This document shows positions 37,170 through 45,383 of a stretch of 64,000 nucleotides of DNA, one piece after another (position 1 is the first letter of the stretch; each line of letters starts with the position of its first letter). Below the pieces are notes generated by a model that was not told the DNA's origin, did not search any database, and worked only from the letters and a program-made list of their open reading frames with translations. This DNA is from a bacterium (GTDB lineage: Bacteria > Armatimonadota > Zipacnadia > Zipacnadales > Zipacnadaceae), in NCBI GenBank assembly GCA_030602615.1, contig JAUVZM010000008.1, positions 1,322-65,321 of the forward strand. Reading direction: 5' to 3'. A program made the translations under genes and the position numbers.

Positions 37170-38414
37170 ATGGTTTCAACAGGGTCGCATGGCAGGACAC
37201 GTCTTCTGGTCGGTATCGTCGTGGGAATTGGTGTGTTGGGACTGGTCGTGGTGGGATTTACGACAGTTGGGCAGGCGCAAACAGCAAGCGGGGTTGCGAA
37301 GTCAGCGTGGCCGATGTTCCGCCACGACGTTCGCGGCACAGGGTGCACAACTGGTTACCAGGTGGCACCACAGGAGGGCGAAGAGGTCAAGCCACCGGTC
37401 AATGGTCCACAGACCGCAACCTTGAAGTGGGTATTCGAGGGCGCGGAAAAGGAGATGAAGAGTAATCCAGTGATCGGCGTGGATGGGACGATCTATGTCG
37501 GGTCGGACGACTACCACCTCTACGCGATCAACCCCGACGGGACGCTGAAATGGAAACTGAAGCCCGAGCGAATGTCACAGGTTGTGGCGAGTCCGGCCAT
37601 CGCCGCCGACGGCACGCTCTACGTGACCTTCCTGACGCTGTGCGGGGTGACTCCGGCGGGGACGGTCAAGTGGACGTCGGATGTATATCAGCACACTAGC
37701 AGCACCGGCGCGGCCATCGGCAGCGACGGGACCATCTACGTGGCTAACAGCGACATGCGCATGGTTGCCGTGAACCCCGACGGATCGGAGAAGTGGCGCA
37801 CGAGGTGCGGCGCACCTCAGGGTAGCCCCGTAATTGGTGCGGACGGTACAGTATACGCCGCCAGCTATGGGGGAAGCTTGCGCGCCTTCTCTCCGGCGGA
37901 CGGGACAGAGAAGTGGCAGCTCTACGTCACTGGTGGCAACTGTTATTCGCAGGGAGCCGCGATTGGCAAGGACGGCACAATCTACGTGGGCGGCAAGGAT
38001 CACCTCGACGCCATAAACCCGGACGGGACACGGAAGTGGGCCTGCGACCTGGACAGGATGGTCTTGGGCGGGCCGGCAATAGGTCCCGATGGGACAATCT
38101 ACGCACTGGCCGGCGCCCTGTGCGCCGTGGCGCCGGATGGGACGCTGAAGTGGAAGTACGAGGCAGGCTATGGGGCGTTCGCGGAGACCAGCCCGGCGAT
38201 CGGCGCAGACGGAACAGTGTATGTCGGGTCGAACGGGGGCTCGGTCTATGCAGTCAACCCTGACGGGACCCTGAAGTGGGAGTATGAGGTGGCCCGAGGC
38301 TCGGAGATGTACAGCCCCACCATCGGTCCTGACGGAACGCTCTACATTGGCTGCCAGGACGATAAACTGTACACATTCCAGGATGAACAGAAAGCCGAGC
38401 ACCCTGGCACTTGA
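37170..38414 (+). CDS. membrane-anchored PQQ-like (BamB-type) eight-bladed beta-propeller protein
   Basis: An N-terminal TM/signal segment followed by eight repeats of the form G.DGT[IVL]Y[VA]...NPDGT.KW. The SD AAGGGAGG lies upstream of ATG 37170. Confidence 0.8.
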   Translation: MVSTGSHGRTRLLVGIVVGIGVLGLVVVGFTTVGQAQTASGVAKSAWPMFRHDVRGTGCTTGYQVAPQEGEEVKPPVNGPQTATLKWVFEGAEKEMKSNPVIGVDGTIYVGSDDYHLYAINPDGTLKWKLKPERMSQVVASPAIAADGTLYVTFLTLCGVTPAGTVKWTSDVYQHTSSTGAAIGSDGTIYVANSDMRMVAVNPDGSEKWRTRCGAPQGSPVIGADGTVYAASYGGSLRAFSPADGTEKWQLYVTGGNCYSQGAAIGKDGTIYVGGKDHLDAINPDGTRKWACDLDRMVLGGPAIGPDGTIYALAGALCAVAPDGTLKWKYEAGYGAFAETSPAIGADGTVYVGSNGGSVYAVNPDGTLKWEYEVARGSEMYSPTIGPDGTLYIGCQDDKLYTFQDEQKAEHPGT

Positions 38415-38579
38415 CAGCACGCTGGCCACGGAATGAGCAGCACCAATCAAGGCTCGCTGCACGAAGTGTGGCATTAGGCAGCCGCTGCTCTGACGCGCCT
38501 AGCTTCCACCTTGGTCTGTGCAGCAAAGATCAGCACTAGCACCATAGTGCCGACGTATCCTACCGTCTGCCGAAAGCCG

Positions 38580-39272
38580 TCACGCGAATACTCCGAAGAT
38601 GTGGGCCAGACAGTAATAGATGCCTACGGCGATGAAGATGCCCCCGGTGATGCGCCGGGCCCACCGCTCGAAGGGCACAAGCTTGTTGTAGGCCTGTCCG
38701 ACCCACTTCGCCCCGAGGGCGATCAGCACCGCGAAGACCAGCACAGGCAGCCCTGTGGCTATGCCGTAGGTCGAGGGGATGGTTATCCCCGACTCATACC
38801 GCAGCGCCAGAGGGATGAGGGCCCCGAAGAACAGCGCTGCCGACGTGGGACAGAATGAAAGTGCGAAGATCACGCCCAGCAGCAGGGCCCCCCACATACC
38901 CAGCGCCTCAATCCGCTTCTGCACCCTTTCGCTCACGCTCGCGCCGGAAAAGTTGGGCTGTATCAGCTCGACCAGGATCATTCCCACCAGGATGAGAATC
39001 GGGCCGAGAACCTTGTTCATGTGTTTCTGGAGCAGGTGCGAGACGGACGGGGCTGAAAGTAGGCTGGCGACGAGCAGCGCCCCCAGGAGCATGTAGGTTA
39101 GCGTCCGTCCCGCCGTGTAAAGCAGGCCTGTGAGAAAGACCCGGAAGGGGCTTCCTACCCTCTGGCCCACGAAGGAGATGGCCGCGATGTTGGTGGCCAG
39201 AGGACACGGGCTGATCGAGGTCAGAATACCCAGCCAGAAGGCCGAGGCCACAGCCAACAGAAACTCCGCCAT
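38580..39272 (-). CDS. ccdA: CcdA/DsbD-family thiol:disulfide electron-transfer membrane protein
   Basis: Six TM helices, with SISPCPL in the first helix. It overlaps the upstream gene by 1 nt (TGATG). Confidence 0.75.
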   Translation of the reverse strand: MAEFLLAVASAFWLGILTSISPCPLATNIAAISFVGQRVGSPFRVFLTGLLYTAGRTLTYMLLGALLVASLLSAPSVSHLLQKHMNKVLGPILILVGMILVELIQPNFSGASVSERVQKRIEALGMWGALLLGVIFALSFCPTSAALFFGALIPLALRYESGITIPSTYGIATGLPVLVFAVLIALGAKWVGQAYNKLVPFERWARRITGGIFIAVGIYYCLAHIFGVFA

Positions 39273-39790
39273 CAGTCTGTAGCCTCCAGGTAACTACGAG
39301 TTTCGTCCTGGACGTACTTCAGGAACGCCTCCTTGTCGCGGACGAGTTGCCACACACGCTGGAGGTTCTTCCACTGCTCCTGCTGGCCGTCGGCGAACTT
39401 CACGAGCACAACCGAGCGCGTCGTGAGTTGGTAGTCCTGGACGAAGTGTTCATTGCCCGGCTTCTCGATGTTCACGACCCGAAACTCCAGACGACCGTCT
39501 TTGAGGGCTTCGGGGAAGCCGGTCTCGACAGCCTCCTTGGCATAGGCCTCGATGGTTCGGCAAGTCCAGCAGCGCATATTGCCGTGGAAGTAGTAGGCAA
39601 CGAGCTCAGCAGCGCCCCTCGCGGTCTGCGGGGCCTCGGGCGCTCCGGTGTCCCCGAATTGGGGAACAGAGGCAGACGCAGATTGCCCGCTGGCGGCGGG
39701 TCTCCCGCTAGTCTCCTTTGCGACCAGGTAGATGACGCTCGCCGCGACGAAAGCCAGCAGAACGGTAGTAACGATGGCCTTGGTCTTCAT
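39272..39790 (-). CDS. membrane-anchored thioredoxin-like CxxC protein
   Basis: N-terminal TM helix followed by YYFHGNMRCWTCRTIEAY (CWTC motif). It resembles proteins found in ars-type operons. Family name is not certain. Confidence 0.55.
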   Translation of the reverse strand: MKTKAIVTTVLLAFVAASVIYLVAKETSGRPAASGQSASASVPQFGDTGAPEAPQTARGAAELVAYYFHGNMRCWTCRTIEAYAKEAVETGFPEALKDGRLEFRVVNIEKPGNEHFVQDYQLTTRSVVLVKFADGQQEQWKNLQRVWQLVRDKEAFLKYVQDETRSYLEATD

Positions 39791-39827
39791 GCACAGGTCT
39801 CCTTAGAAAGCAGCTCTCTTCCCCTGA

Positions 39828-40061
39828 TTAGCTAAGGAACTCCTTGATATTGTCGGTGGAGAGCGCCTTCCCTGCCGACTTCACAGCACCGTCCACGACG
39901 AGCGCGGGCGTGATCATGACGCCGGACTTCATGATCTCCGTGATGTCGGTGACCTTCTCGATCTCATACTCGATACCAAGAGCCTGGGCCGCCGCCTCGG
40001 CGTTCTCGGCCAGCTTCTTGCACTTGGGACACCCGGCACCCAGGATTTGTATCTTCATCAA
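39828..40061 (-). CDS. small thioredoxin-fold protein (redox-active disulfide protein 2 type)
   Basis: 77 aa beginning MKIQILGAGCPKCKKL, with ITPALVVDG. Confidence 0.8.
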   Translation of the reverse strand: MMKIQILGAGCPKCKKLAENAEAAAQALGIEYEIEKVTDITEIMKSGVMITPALVVDGAVKSAGKALSTDNIKEFLS

Positions 40062-40077
40062 AATTACCTTCCTTGAA

Positions 40078-41253
40078 TCAGGCTAACGCACCATAGATCA
40101 TTCCGGCTATAGTCGACATGATGGCGACGATGGCGACGAACACCGTTGTCTTCTTGGCACCGATGACGCTGGCGATTACCAACATGTTCGGTAGCGAAAG
40201 CGCGGGGCCAGCCAGCAGCAAGGCCAGCGCTGGCCCCTTGCCCATGCCGCTACCCAGTAAGCTCTGGAGAATTGGCACCTCAGTGAGAGTGGCAAAGTAC
40301 ATAAAAGCGCCCACAATTGACGCAAAGAAATTAGCGCCCAGCGAGTTGCCGCCGACAAGCCTGGCTATGAAGGCGTTGGGAATGATTCCATGATCTGTGC
40401 CCGGCATTCCCAGCAGGAACCCGGCGGCCAACACCCCCGCGAACAGCAGCGGCATTATCTGCAGGGTAAAGCCCCAGGTAGAGTCCAGCCAATCTTGCGT
40501 TTCATTGCGGTTAAACCACCGCCGCAACATCACTGCCAGCACGACCAGTAACGGCACGACAATATACCAGTGTATCCTGTAAACCTCCCACCATAGCCCC
40601 GATTCTTCGGCGGGTCTTGCCCAGGCTGCGAAGATGAGAATCAGGACCATCACCCCAACAAAGGACGCCGTCTGGAACAGGGGCCGGTCTTCGTCCTCGT
40701 CCCCACCCGCGAAGGCCGCCTCGGTCTCGGCGGCTCGCTCGACTTCCTCTTTGCGGAAGATGAGAGCCATGAGCAGGCCAATCACGATCGCAAAGACCAC
40801 CGCTCCCACCGCTCGCGCCAAGCCCATCTGCCAGCCGAGGACCCGAGCGGTGAGGATTATGGCCAGCACGTTGATGGCGGGTCCCGAATACAGAAAGGCA
40901 CAGGCTGGTCCTAAGCCGGCCCCCCGGGTGTAAATCCCGGCAAACAGTGGCAGCACCGTGCAGGAGCAAACCGCCAGAATCGTGCCCGACACTGAGGCCA
41001 CACTGTAGGCCAGGACCTTTTTCGCCTTGGCCCCGAAATATCTCATCACCGATGCCCGGCTGATGAACACTGCTATGGCTCCGGCAATGAAAAAAGCTGG
41101 TACCAGGCAGAACAGCACGTGCTTGCGGGCGTAGTCCTGTAGCATCAGGAACATATCCGCGATAGCCGACTGCGTCCGGGGGTCCTGCAGGGGTATGAAG
41201 TACGCGGCCAGGAACACTGCTGCTATGAGCAAGAATTTGGTGCGTTCGGACAT
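40078..41253 (-). CDS. permease of the ArsP/DUF318 type (vicinal-Cys membrane permease)
   Basis: Two membrane halves joined by an acidic loop, with the AVCSCTVLPLF motif. The start is ATG 41253, or alternatively GTG 41295. Confidence 0.75.
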   Translation of the reverse strand: MSERTKFLLIAAVFLAAYFIPLQDPRTQSAIADMFLMLQDYARKHVLFCLVPAFFIAGAIAVFISRASVMRYFGAKAKKVLAYSVASVSGTILAVCSCTVLPLFAGIYTRGAGLGPACAFLYSGPAINVLAIILTARVLGWQMGLARAVGAVVFAIVIGLLMALIFRKEEVERAAETEAAFAGGDEDEDRPLFQTASFVGVMVLILIFAAWARPAEESGLWWEVYRIHWYIVVPLLVVLAVMLRRWFNRNETQDWLDSTWGFTLQIMPLLFAGVLAAGFLLGMPGTDHGIIPNAFIARLVGGNSLGANFFASIVGAFMYFATLTEVPILQSLLGSGMGKGPALALLLAGPALSLPNMLVIASVIGAKKTTVFVAIVAIMSTIAGMIYGALA

Positions 41254-41319
41254 ATTAAGCGCTCTCACTTTCCGGGAAACTGTCGGGAGGGGCACACACG
41301 CCCCCGACGTTCAACCAAC

Positions 41320-41610
41320 TTAACTGCGCTGGGTACTTAGCACTTCGTCAATACATGGAAATATCTTGGTGATGCAGGGGACCAGTAGTCGGTAGTAGAT
41401 CCGATTATCCTCCCGCCGTCCGGCTATGATTCCGGCGCTTTTCATCTTTGCCAGATGCTGTGAGACAGTGGGCATCGCCGAGCCGACCAGCTCCTGCAAC
41501 TCACACACGCACTTTTCGCCCTCGGCCAGGGCGTCAACCATCATCAGGCGGGCGGGGTGGGCGACAGCCTTGAGCACTTCAGCTCTGATTTCATAGGTAG
41601 TCGTGTCCAT
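41320..41610 (-). CDS. arsR: ArsR/SmtB-family metalloregulator
   Basis: 96-aa winged helix-turn-helix protein with the CVCEL metal or metalloid site and the recognition helix region VSQHLAKMK. The SD AGGAGG lies 8 nt upstream. Confidence 0.85.
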   Translation of the reverse strand: MDTTTYEIRAEVLKAVAHPARLMMVDALAEGEKCVCELQELVGSAMPTVSQHLAKMKSAGIIAGRREDNRIYYRLLVPCITKIFPCIDEVLSTQRS

Positions 41611-41643
41611 TCGGTTTGCCTCCTGTATGTGCAGGTTATTTAT

Positions 41644-41672
41644 ATTTTAGCTAAATTGCTAAATCCTGTCAA
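41644..41672 (-). promoter_or_regulatory. sigma70-type promoter with embedded candidate ArsR operator
   Basis: The minus strand reads TTGACA-N17-TAAAAT, with the -35 at 41667-41672 and the -10 at 41644-41649. The spacer and -10 contain the direct repeat ATTTAGC-a-ATTTAGC and the 10-bp palindrome TTTAGCTAAA (41646-41655). Confidence 0.65.
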
Positions 41673-41901
41673 GCCCGAGCTCTCCATCCGCCAGTTTCTC
41701 TCTCGCGTCTCAACTGGGTGTGGCCATTGAACCGGGCGTGCGGAGGTGCTACAATGCGGCGTGTAGAAGGGGGGATAAGCAATGCGCAGGCGTGAATCCC
41801 TAGCTAGCATCGCCGGCGGCGCGGCCTTCGCGCTGACCGGGAGAGTGCTTAATGCCGACGACAACCGGGCGGGACCGCAGCCCGCCAAGGGAGGAGACAC
41901 T

Positions 41902-42858
41902 ATGAGCAAGCAGATTGATGATTTGCGCTGGCGACCGAGGTGGGTCAGTCACCTGGGCTGCGTCAAGGGGTGCCTAGAGTATCTGGGGGTGGATATTTCC
42001 TGGGCGTGGCTCTACGGTGGCACCGGCCACGCCTTCGTCATCAACATCCACGAGGTAGTCTGCCCCAGCGGCCCCACCGCGTGGCACTACGCCTCGCTCC
42101 TGTTCGACCTGCCGCCGAACCTGGGCTACCGGCTCACTGGGGTGCACGGCGAGAAGAAGAACCCGGACTTTGCCGCTAAGCAGGAGCAGGCCTGGGACAT
42201 GCTGCGCGAGAGTCTCGACAACGGCCTTCCTTGCTACGGGTGGGAGCTGGAGATCCCGGAGTGGTACGTGATTCACGGCTATGACGACGTGGGCTACTTC
42301 TACTCCGGCCCGGGATGCGACGAGGGCAAGGGGCCCAAGCCGTGGCAGGAAATCGGCACGTCAGATATTGGATTCTTCGAGATGTACAGCGTTCAGCGTG
42401 TCTCCCCTGCGCCGCCCGAGAAGATGGTCAAAGATGCATTTGCCTTCGCGCTGAAGCACGCCGAGAACCCCGGGGAATGGATCTTCGACAAGTACCGCTC
42501 TGGGCCGGCGGGCTTTGACCTGTGGGCGGAGGCGCTCGAACAGGGCACGGCTGACCGGTTCGGCCAAGGCTATAACGGAGCAGTGTGGGCGGAGTGTCGC
42601 GCGGAGGCGGTCTGGTTCCTCGCGGAAGCCCGGAACCGGTTGCCCGGCAAGGCCGACGCGCTGTTCATCGAGGCCATATCATACTATGCCAGTGTCGCAG
42701 CCAAGCTGCGGAAACTGTCCGAGTTGTACCCCTTCCAGTTTGAGGGTGGCGGTGACGAACAGCTTAAGGACCCCCAGGCCGGGGCGCTGGTGCGAAGGGC
42801 GGGCGAAGCGGAGCGGCGGGGGCTGGAGGCCCTTGCCCGGATTATCGAAGCACTTTGA
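41902..42858 (+). CDS. hypothetical protein, possibly papain-fold (BtrH_N / peptidase C39-like) N-terminal domain
   Basis: ATG 41902 has GGGAGGAG 6 nt upstream. The N-terminal pattern HLGCVKGCLEYLGVDIS...GGTGHAF and a later VIHGYDD suggest a Cys/His fold. This assignment is tentative. Confidence 0.55.
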   Translation: MSKQIDDLRWRPRWVSHLGCVKGCLEYLGVDISWAWLYGGTGHAFVINIHEVVCPSGPTAWHYASLLFDLPPNLGYRLTGVHGEKKNPDFAAKQEQAWDMLRESLDNGLPCYGWELEIPEWYVIHGYDDVGYFYSGPGCDEGKGPKPWQEIGTSDIGFFEMYSVQRVSPAPPEKMVKDAFAFALKHAENPGEWIFDKYRSGPAGFDLWAEALEQGTADRFGQGYNGAVWAECRAEAVWFLAEARNRLPGKADALFIEAISYYASVAAKLRKLSELYPFQFEGGGDEQLKDPQAGALVRRAGEAERRGLEALARIIEAL

Positions 42859-43063
42859 TCAGTCATGGCACGTCGAAGAATGGTCTGGGCGGTGCGCAAG
42901 GAGCTGTTTGAGCAGAACAAGTCTTGTAAGCTCGGGTTTTGCTGGCGGAATGATCCGCAGCAGGAAGAATGAGTGCAGGACACAGAGAATGTGATACGCA
43001 GCAACAGAGGATATGGGAAATCCCAGACTAGACCTGCTTCAACCCTTAGCTAGCGGTTACCTC

Positions 43064-43092
43064 TTGACTTATTCTTGGATATCATGTATACT
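43064..43092 (+). promoter_or_regulatory. sigma70-type promoter for the PEP-CTERM protein gene
   Basis: TTGACT-N17-TATACT, with the -35 at 43064-43069 and the -10 at 43087-43092. The leader contains a 7-bp hairpin (43119-43137) just before the SD AAGGAG. Confidence 0.55.
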
Positions 43093-43153
43093 GCGAACTA
43101 TATGACAGCAGTGACGAGGGTCAGAGACAATCTGACCAAGGAGCAGTAGTGCT

Positions 43154-43831
43154 ATGAGCATGGCAAAAAAGGCTGCGCTAGTGGTATGTGTGCTTCTTCT
43201 GTTCATGGTGGCAGCTCAGACCGATGTCATTACCATTGACGGGTCTAACGCCGACTGGGGCAGCCCCGACACCACCAACAACGACCCCGACGAAGGCGCT
43301 ATTGCCCAAGACTACGACATCGACTTGAACTATTTCGAGTGGGACGACAGCGCGAACCAGAACCTATGCTTTGCGTACTATACTTACAACGACCTTGCCG
43401 GCTATACGGCCGGCAATTTCAGCCGCATCCTGATCAATGTGGACTCTAACTCCGGCACGGGCGGCGAGGTTAACGCCGTACCTGGGATGGAGTATTACCT
43501 GGACTGGGACCTGGACCGAGTCACTCCCAACCCGACGCTCTGGTATTGGGATTCCGGTACAACTTCGTGGTTGCAGAACGCTAGCCCCACTTATCTAGCC
43601 GTAGACACCAGTGGTAAGTTCGTCGAGTGGGGACTATATTCCGGTGACATTGGGTCGCCAGCGGAATTCGTATGGGGCGCGTATCTGGACAACTTCGGCG
43701 TCGGCGACGACGACTTGTGCCCAGACAACGTTTGGCAGCGCGGCTACACCCCCGAGCCGGGGACGATGGCGCTAATGTCATTTGGGCTTTTGGGCCTGGG
43801 TGCTTGGCGCAGGCGCAAACGCAGCAGCTAA
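43154..43831 (+). CDS. PEP-CTERM sorting-domain secreted protein
   Basis: Signal peptide (KKAALVVCVLLLFMVAAQT) and the C-terminal sorting signal TPEPGTMALMSFGLLGLGAWRRRKRSS (PEP motif + TM + basic tail). Confidence 0.85.
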   Translation: MSMAKKAALVVCVLLLFMVAAQTDVITIDGSNADWGSPDTTNNDPDEGAIAQDYDIDLNYFEWDDSANQNLCFAYYTYNDLAGYTAGNFSRILINVDSNSGTGGEVNAVPGMEYYLDWDLDRVTPNPTLWYWDSGTTSWLQNASPTYLAVDTSGKFVEWGLYSGDIGSPAEFVWGAYLDNFGVGDDDLCPDNVWQRGYTPEPGTMALMSFGLLGLGAWRRRKRSS

Positions 43832-43868
43832 GCTTTTGGATAACCTGACAGCCCGGTAAATAGACCAA

Positions 43869-43898
43869 GCGTCCGCTACAACGGCGGGCGCTTTCTTT
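43869..43898 (+). terminator. Rho-independent terminator
   Basis: An 8-bp GC-rich stem (GCGTCCGC / GCGGGCGC, one G-U pair) with a 7-nt loop, followed by TTTCTTT. It starts 38 nt after the stop codon. Confidence 0.6.
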
Positions 43899-44055
43899 CG
43901 TGGCGACTTGGCTCGGCGCGCCCGGTTGCTGCCCCGTGCTCTTGTGCCAGGCTTGTTACGGGTGGGGAGTCTGCGCCAGATCAAGAAGAGCAAGGGGATG
44001 GGATACCAGCAAGTCCAGTGGGTCTACGGTATTGCAGTTCAATGGAGATCACACT

Positions 44056-44562
44056 ATGGGTGAGAATCAGCCAATCTTCGTGATTCAAAAGCATGATGCC
44101 CGCACGCTGCACTACGACTTTCGGCTGGAGGTGGACGGGGTGCTCAAATCGTGGGCGGTGCCCAAGGGGCCATCTACTGACCCCCGCACTCGGCGTCTGG
44201 CTGTAGCTGTCGAGGATCATCCGCTCGACTACGCGGACTTTGAGGGCAGAATCCCCAACGGCGAATATGGTGCTGGAGCGGTCCTGGTTTGGGATCGCGG
44301 CACCTACCGTAATCTCCGGGCAGAAGATGACGAGCCGGTCTCGATGGCAGAAGCTCTCCGGGACGGACGCGTGGCCGTATGGCTCGAAGGGGAAAAGCTG
44401 CGCGGGGGGTATGCGCTGATTCGCACCGGCAAGGGCGATGACAACCGCTGGCTGCTAATCAAGATGAAAGACGAAGAGGCCGACGCCCGTCGCAATCCCG
44501 TCAGCACTCAGCCAGAATCCGTGCTTACTGGACGCACTCTGGAGGAAATAGCCGGGCAGTAG
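44056..44562 (+). CDS. stand-alone LigD-type 3'-phosphoesterase domain protein
   Basis: FVIQKHDARTLHYDFRLE, GVLKSWAVPKGPS and VEDHPLDYADFEG motifs. ATG 44056 was chosen because a terminator and a non-coding stretch precede it. Confidence 0.8.
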   Translation: MGENQPIFVIQKHDARTLHYDFRLEVDGVLKSWAVPKGPSTDPRTRRLAVAVEDHPLDYADFEGRIPNGEYGAGAVLVWDRGTYRNLRAEDDEPVSMAEALRDGRVAVWLEGEKLRGGYALIRTGKGDDNRWLLIKMKDEEADARRNPVSTQPESVLTGRTLEEIAGQ

Positions 44563-44572
44563 CGGAGGCAAG

Positions 44573-45376
44573 TCAGAGTCGTACTGTCACGCCGCGGCCG
44601 GCCAGCTCCTGCTTGACCTGGCCGACTGTGTACTGGCCGAAGTGGAAGATGCTGGCCGCCAGCACGGCGTCGGCTTTCCCGGCGGTCAGCGCCTGGTACA
44701 TATGCTCGACGTTACCTGCACCACCTGAGGCAATCACCGGCACGATGACCCGCTCGGAGATACGGCGCAGCAGTTCAATATCGTAGCCGGCGCGGGTGCC
44801 ATCGGCGTCCATCGAAGTGACGAGCAACTCGCCGGCACCTCGCTCGGTTGCCTCCACGGCCCAGTCCAGAGCATCCACATCTGTCGGCTCGTGGCCCCCG
44901 TAAGTCCAGACTTTCCACTCAATATCTTCTTCAGGAGCCAGTCCCAGGTCGCTGTCATCGCGGCCTTCGTGCTGGATTCGCTGAGCGTCAATGGCGCAGA
45001 CGATACACTGGCTGCCGAAGCGCTGGGCACCCTCGTTGATGATGTCAGGGTCAAGAATGCCTGCGGTCATCACGGAAATCTTGTCGGCGCCGGCCAGCAG
45101 TACCTGGCGAATATCGTCTATGGTGCGGATGCCTCCGCCTACGGTAAAGGGTATGAAGATCGTCTCGGCGACGCGCCCGACGATGTCCAGCATTATCTGG
45201 CGGTGCTCCAACGAGGCGGTGATGTCCAGGAAAACCAGCTCGTCAGCGCCCTGGCGATCGTACTCGGCGGCTTGTTCGACGGGGTCGCCAGCGTCTACGT
45301 GATCTACATATTTTATGCCTTTGACAACGCGGCCGTCGGTGACATCCAGGCAAGGGATTATCCGCTTGGCTAGCAT
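44573..45376 (-). CDS. hisF: imidazole glycerol phosphate synthase cyclase subunit
   Basis: [24 protein letters not shown](I)S and ASGGAG motifs. Confidence 0.9.
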   Translation of the reverse strand: MLAKRIIPCLDVTDGRVVKGIKYVDHVDAGDPVEQAAEYDRQGADELVFLDITASLEHRQIMLDIVGRVAETIFIPFTVGGGIRTIDDIRQVLLAGADKISVMTAGILDPDIINEGAQRFGSQCIVCAIDAQRIQHEGRDDSDLGLAPEEDIEWKVWTYGGHEPTDVDALDWAVEATERGAGELLVTSMDADGTRAGYDIELLRRISERVIVPVIASGGAGNVEHMYQALTAGKADAVLAASIFHFGQYTVGQVKQELAGRGVTVRL

Positions 45377-45383
45377 TTGGGCA

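Noticed and set aside
41782-41901. A Tat-signal-like N-terminal extension (MRRRESLASIAGGAAFALTG) of the 41782-42858 ORF.
   Set aside because: There is no SD at 41782, whereas a strong GGGAGGAG sits 6 nt before ATG 41902. The extension lies within the divergent promoter region, so the shorter cytoplasmic protein is more likely.
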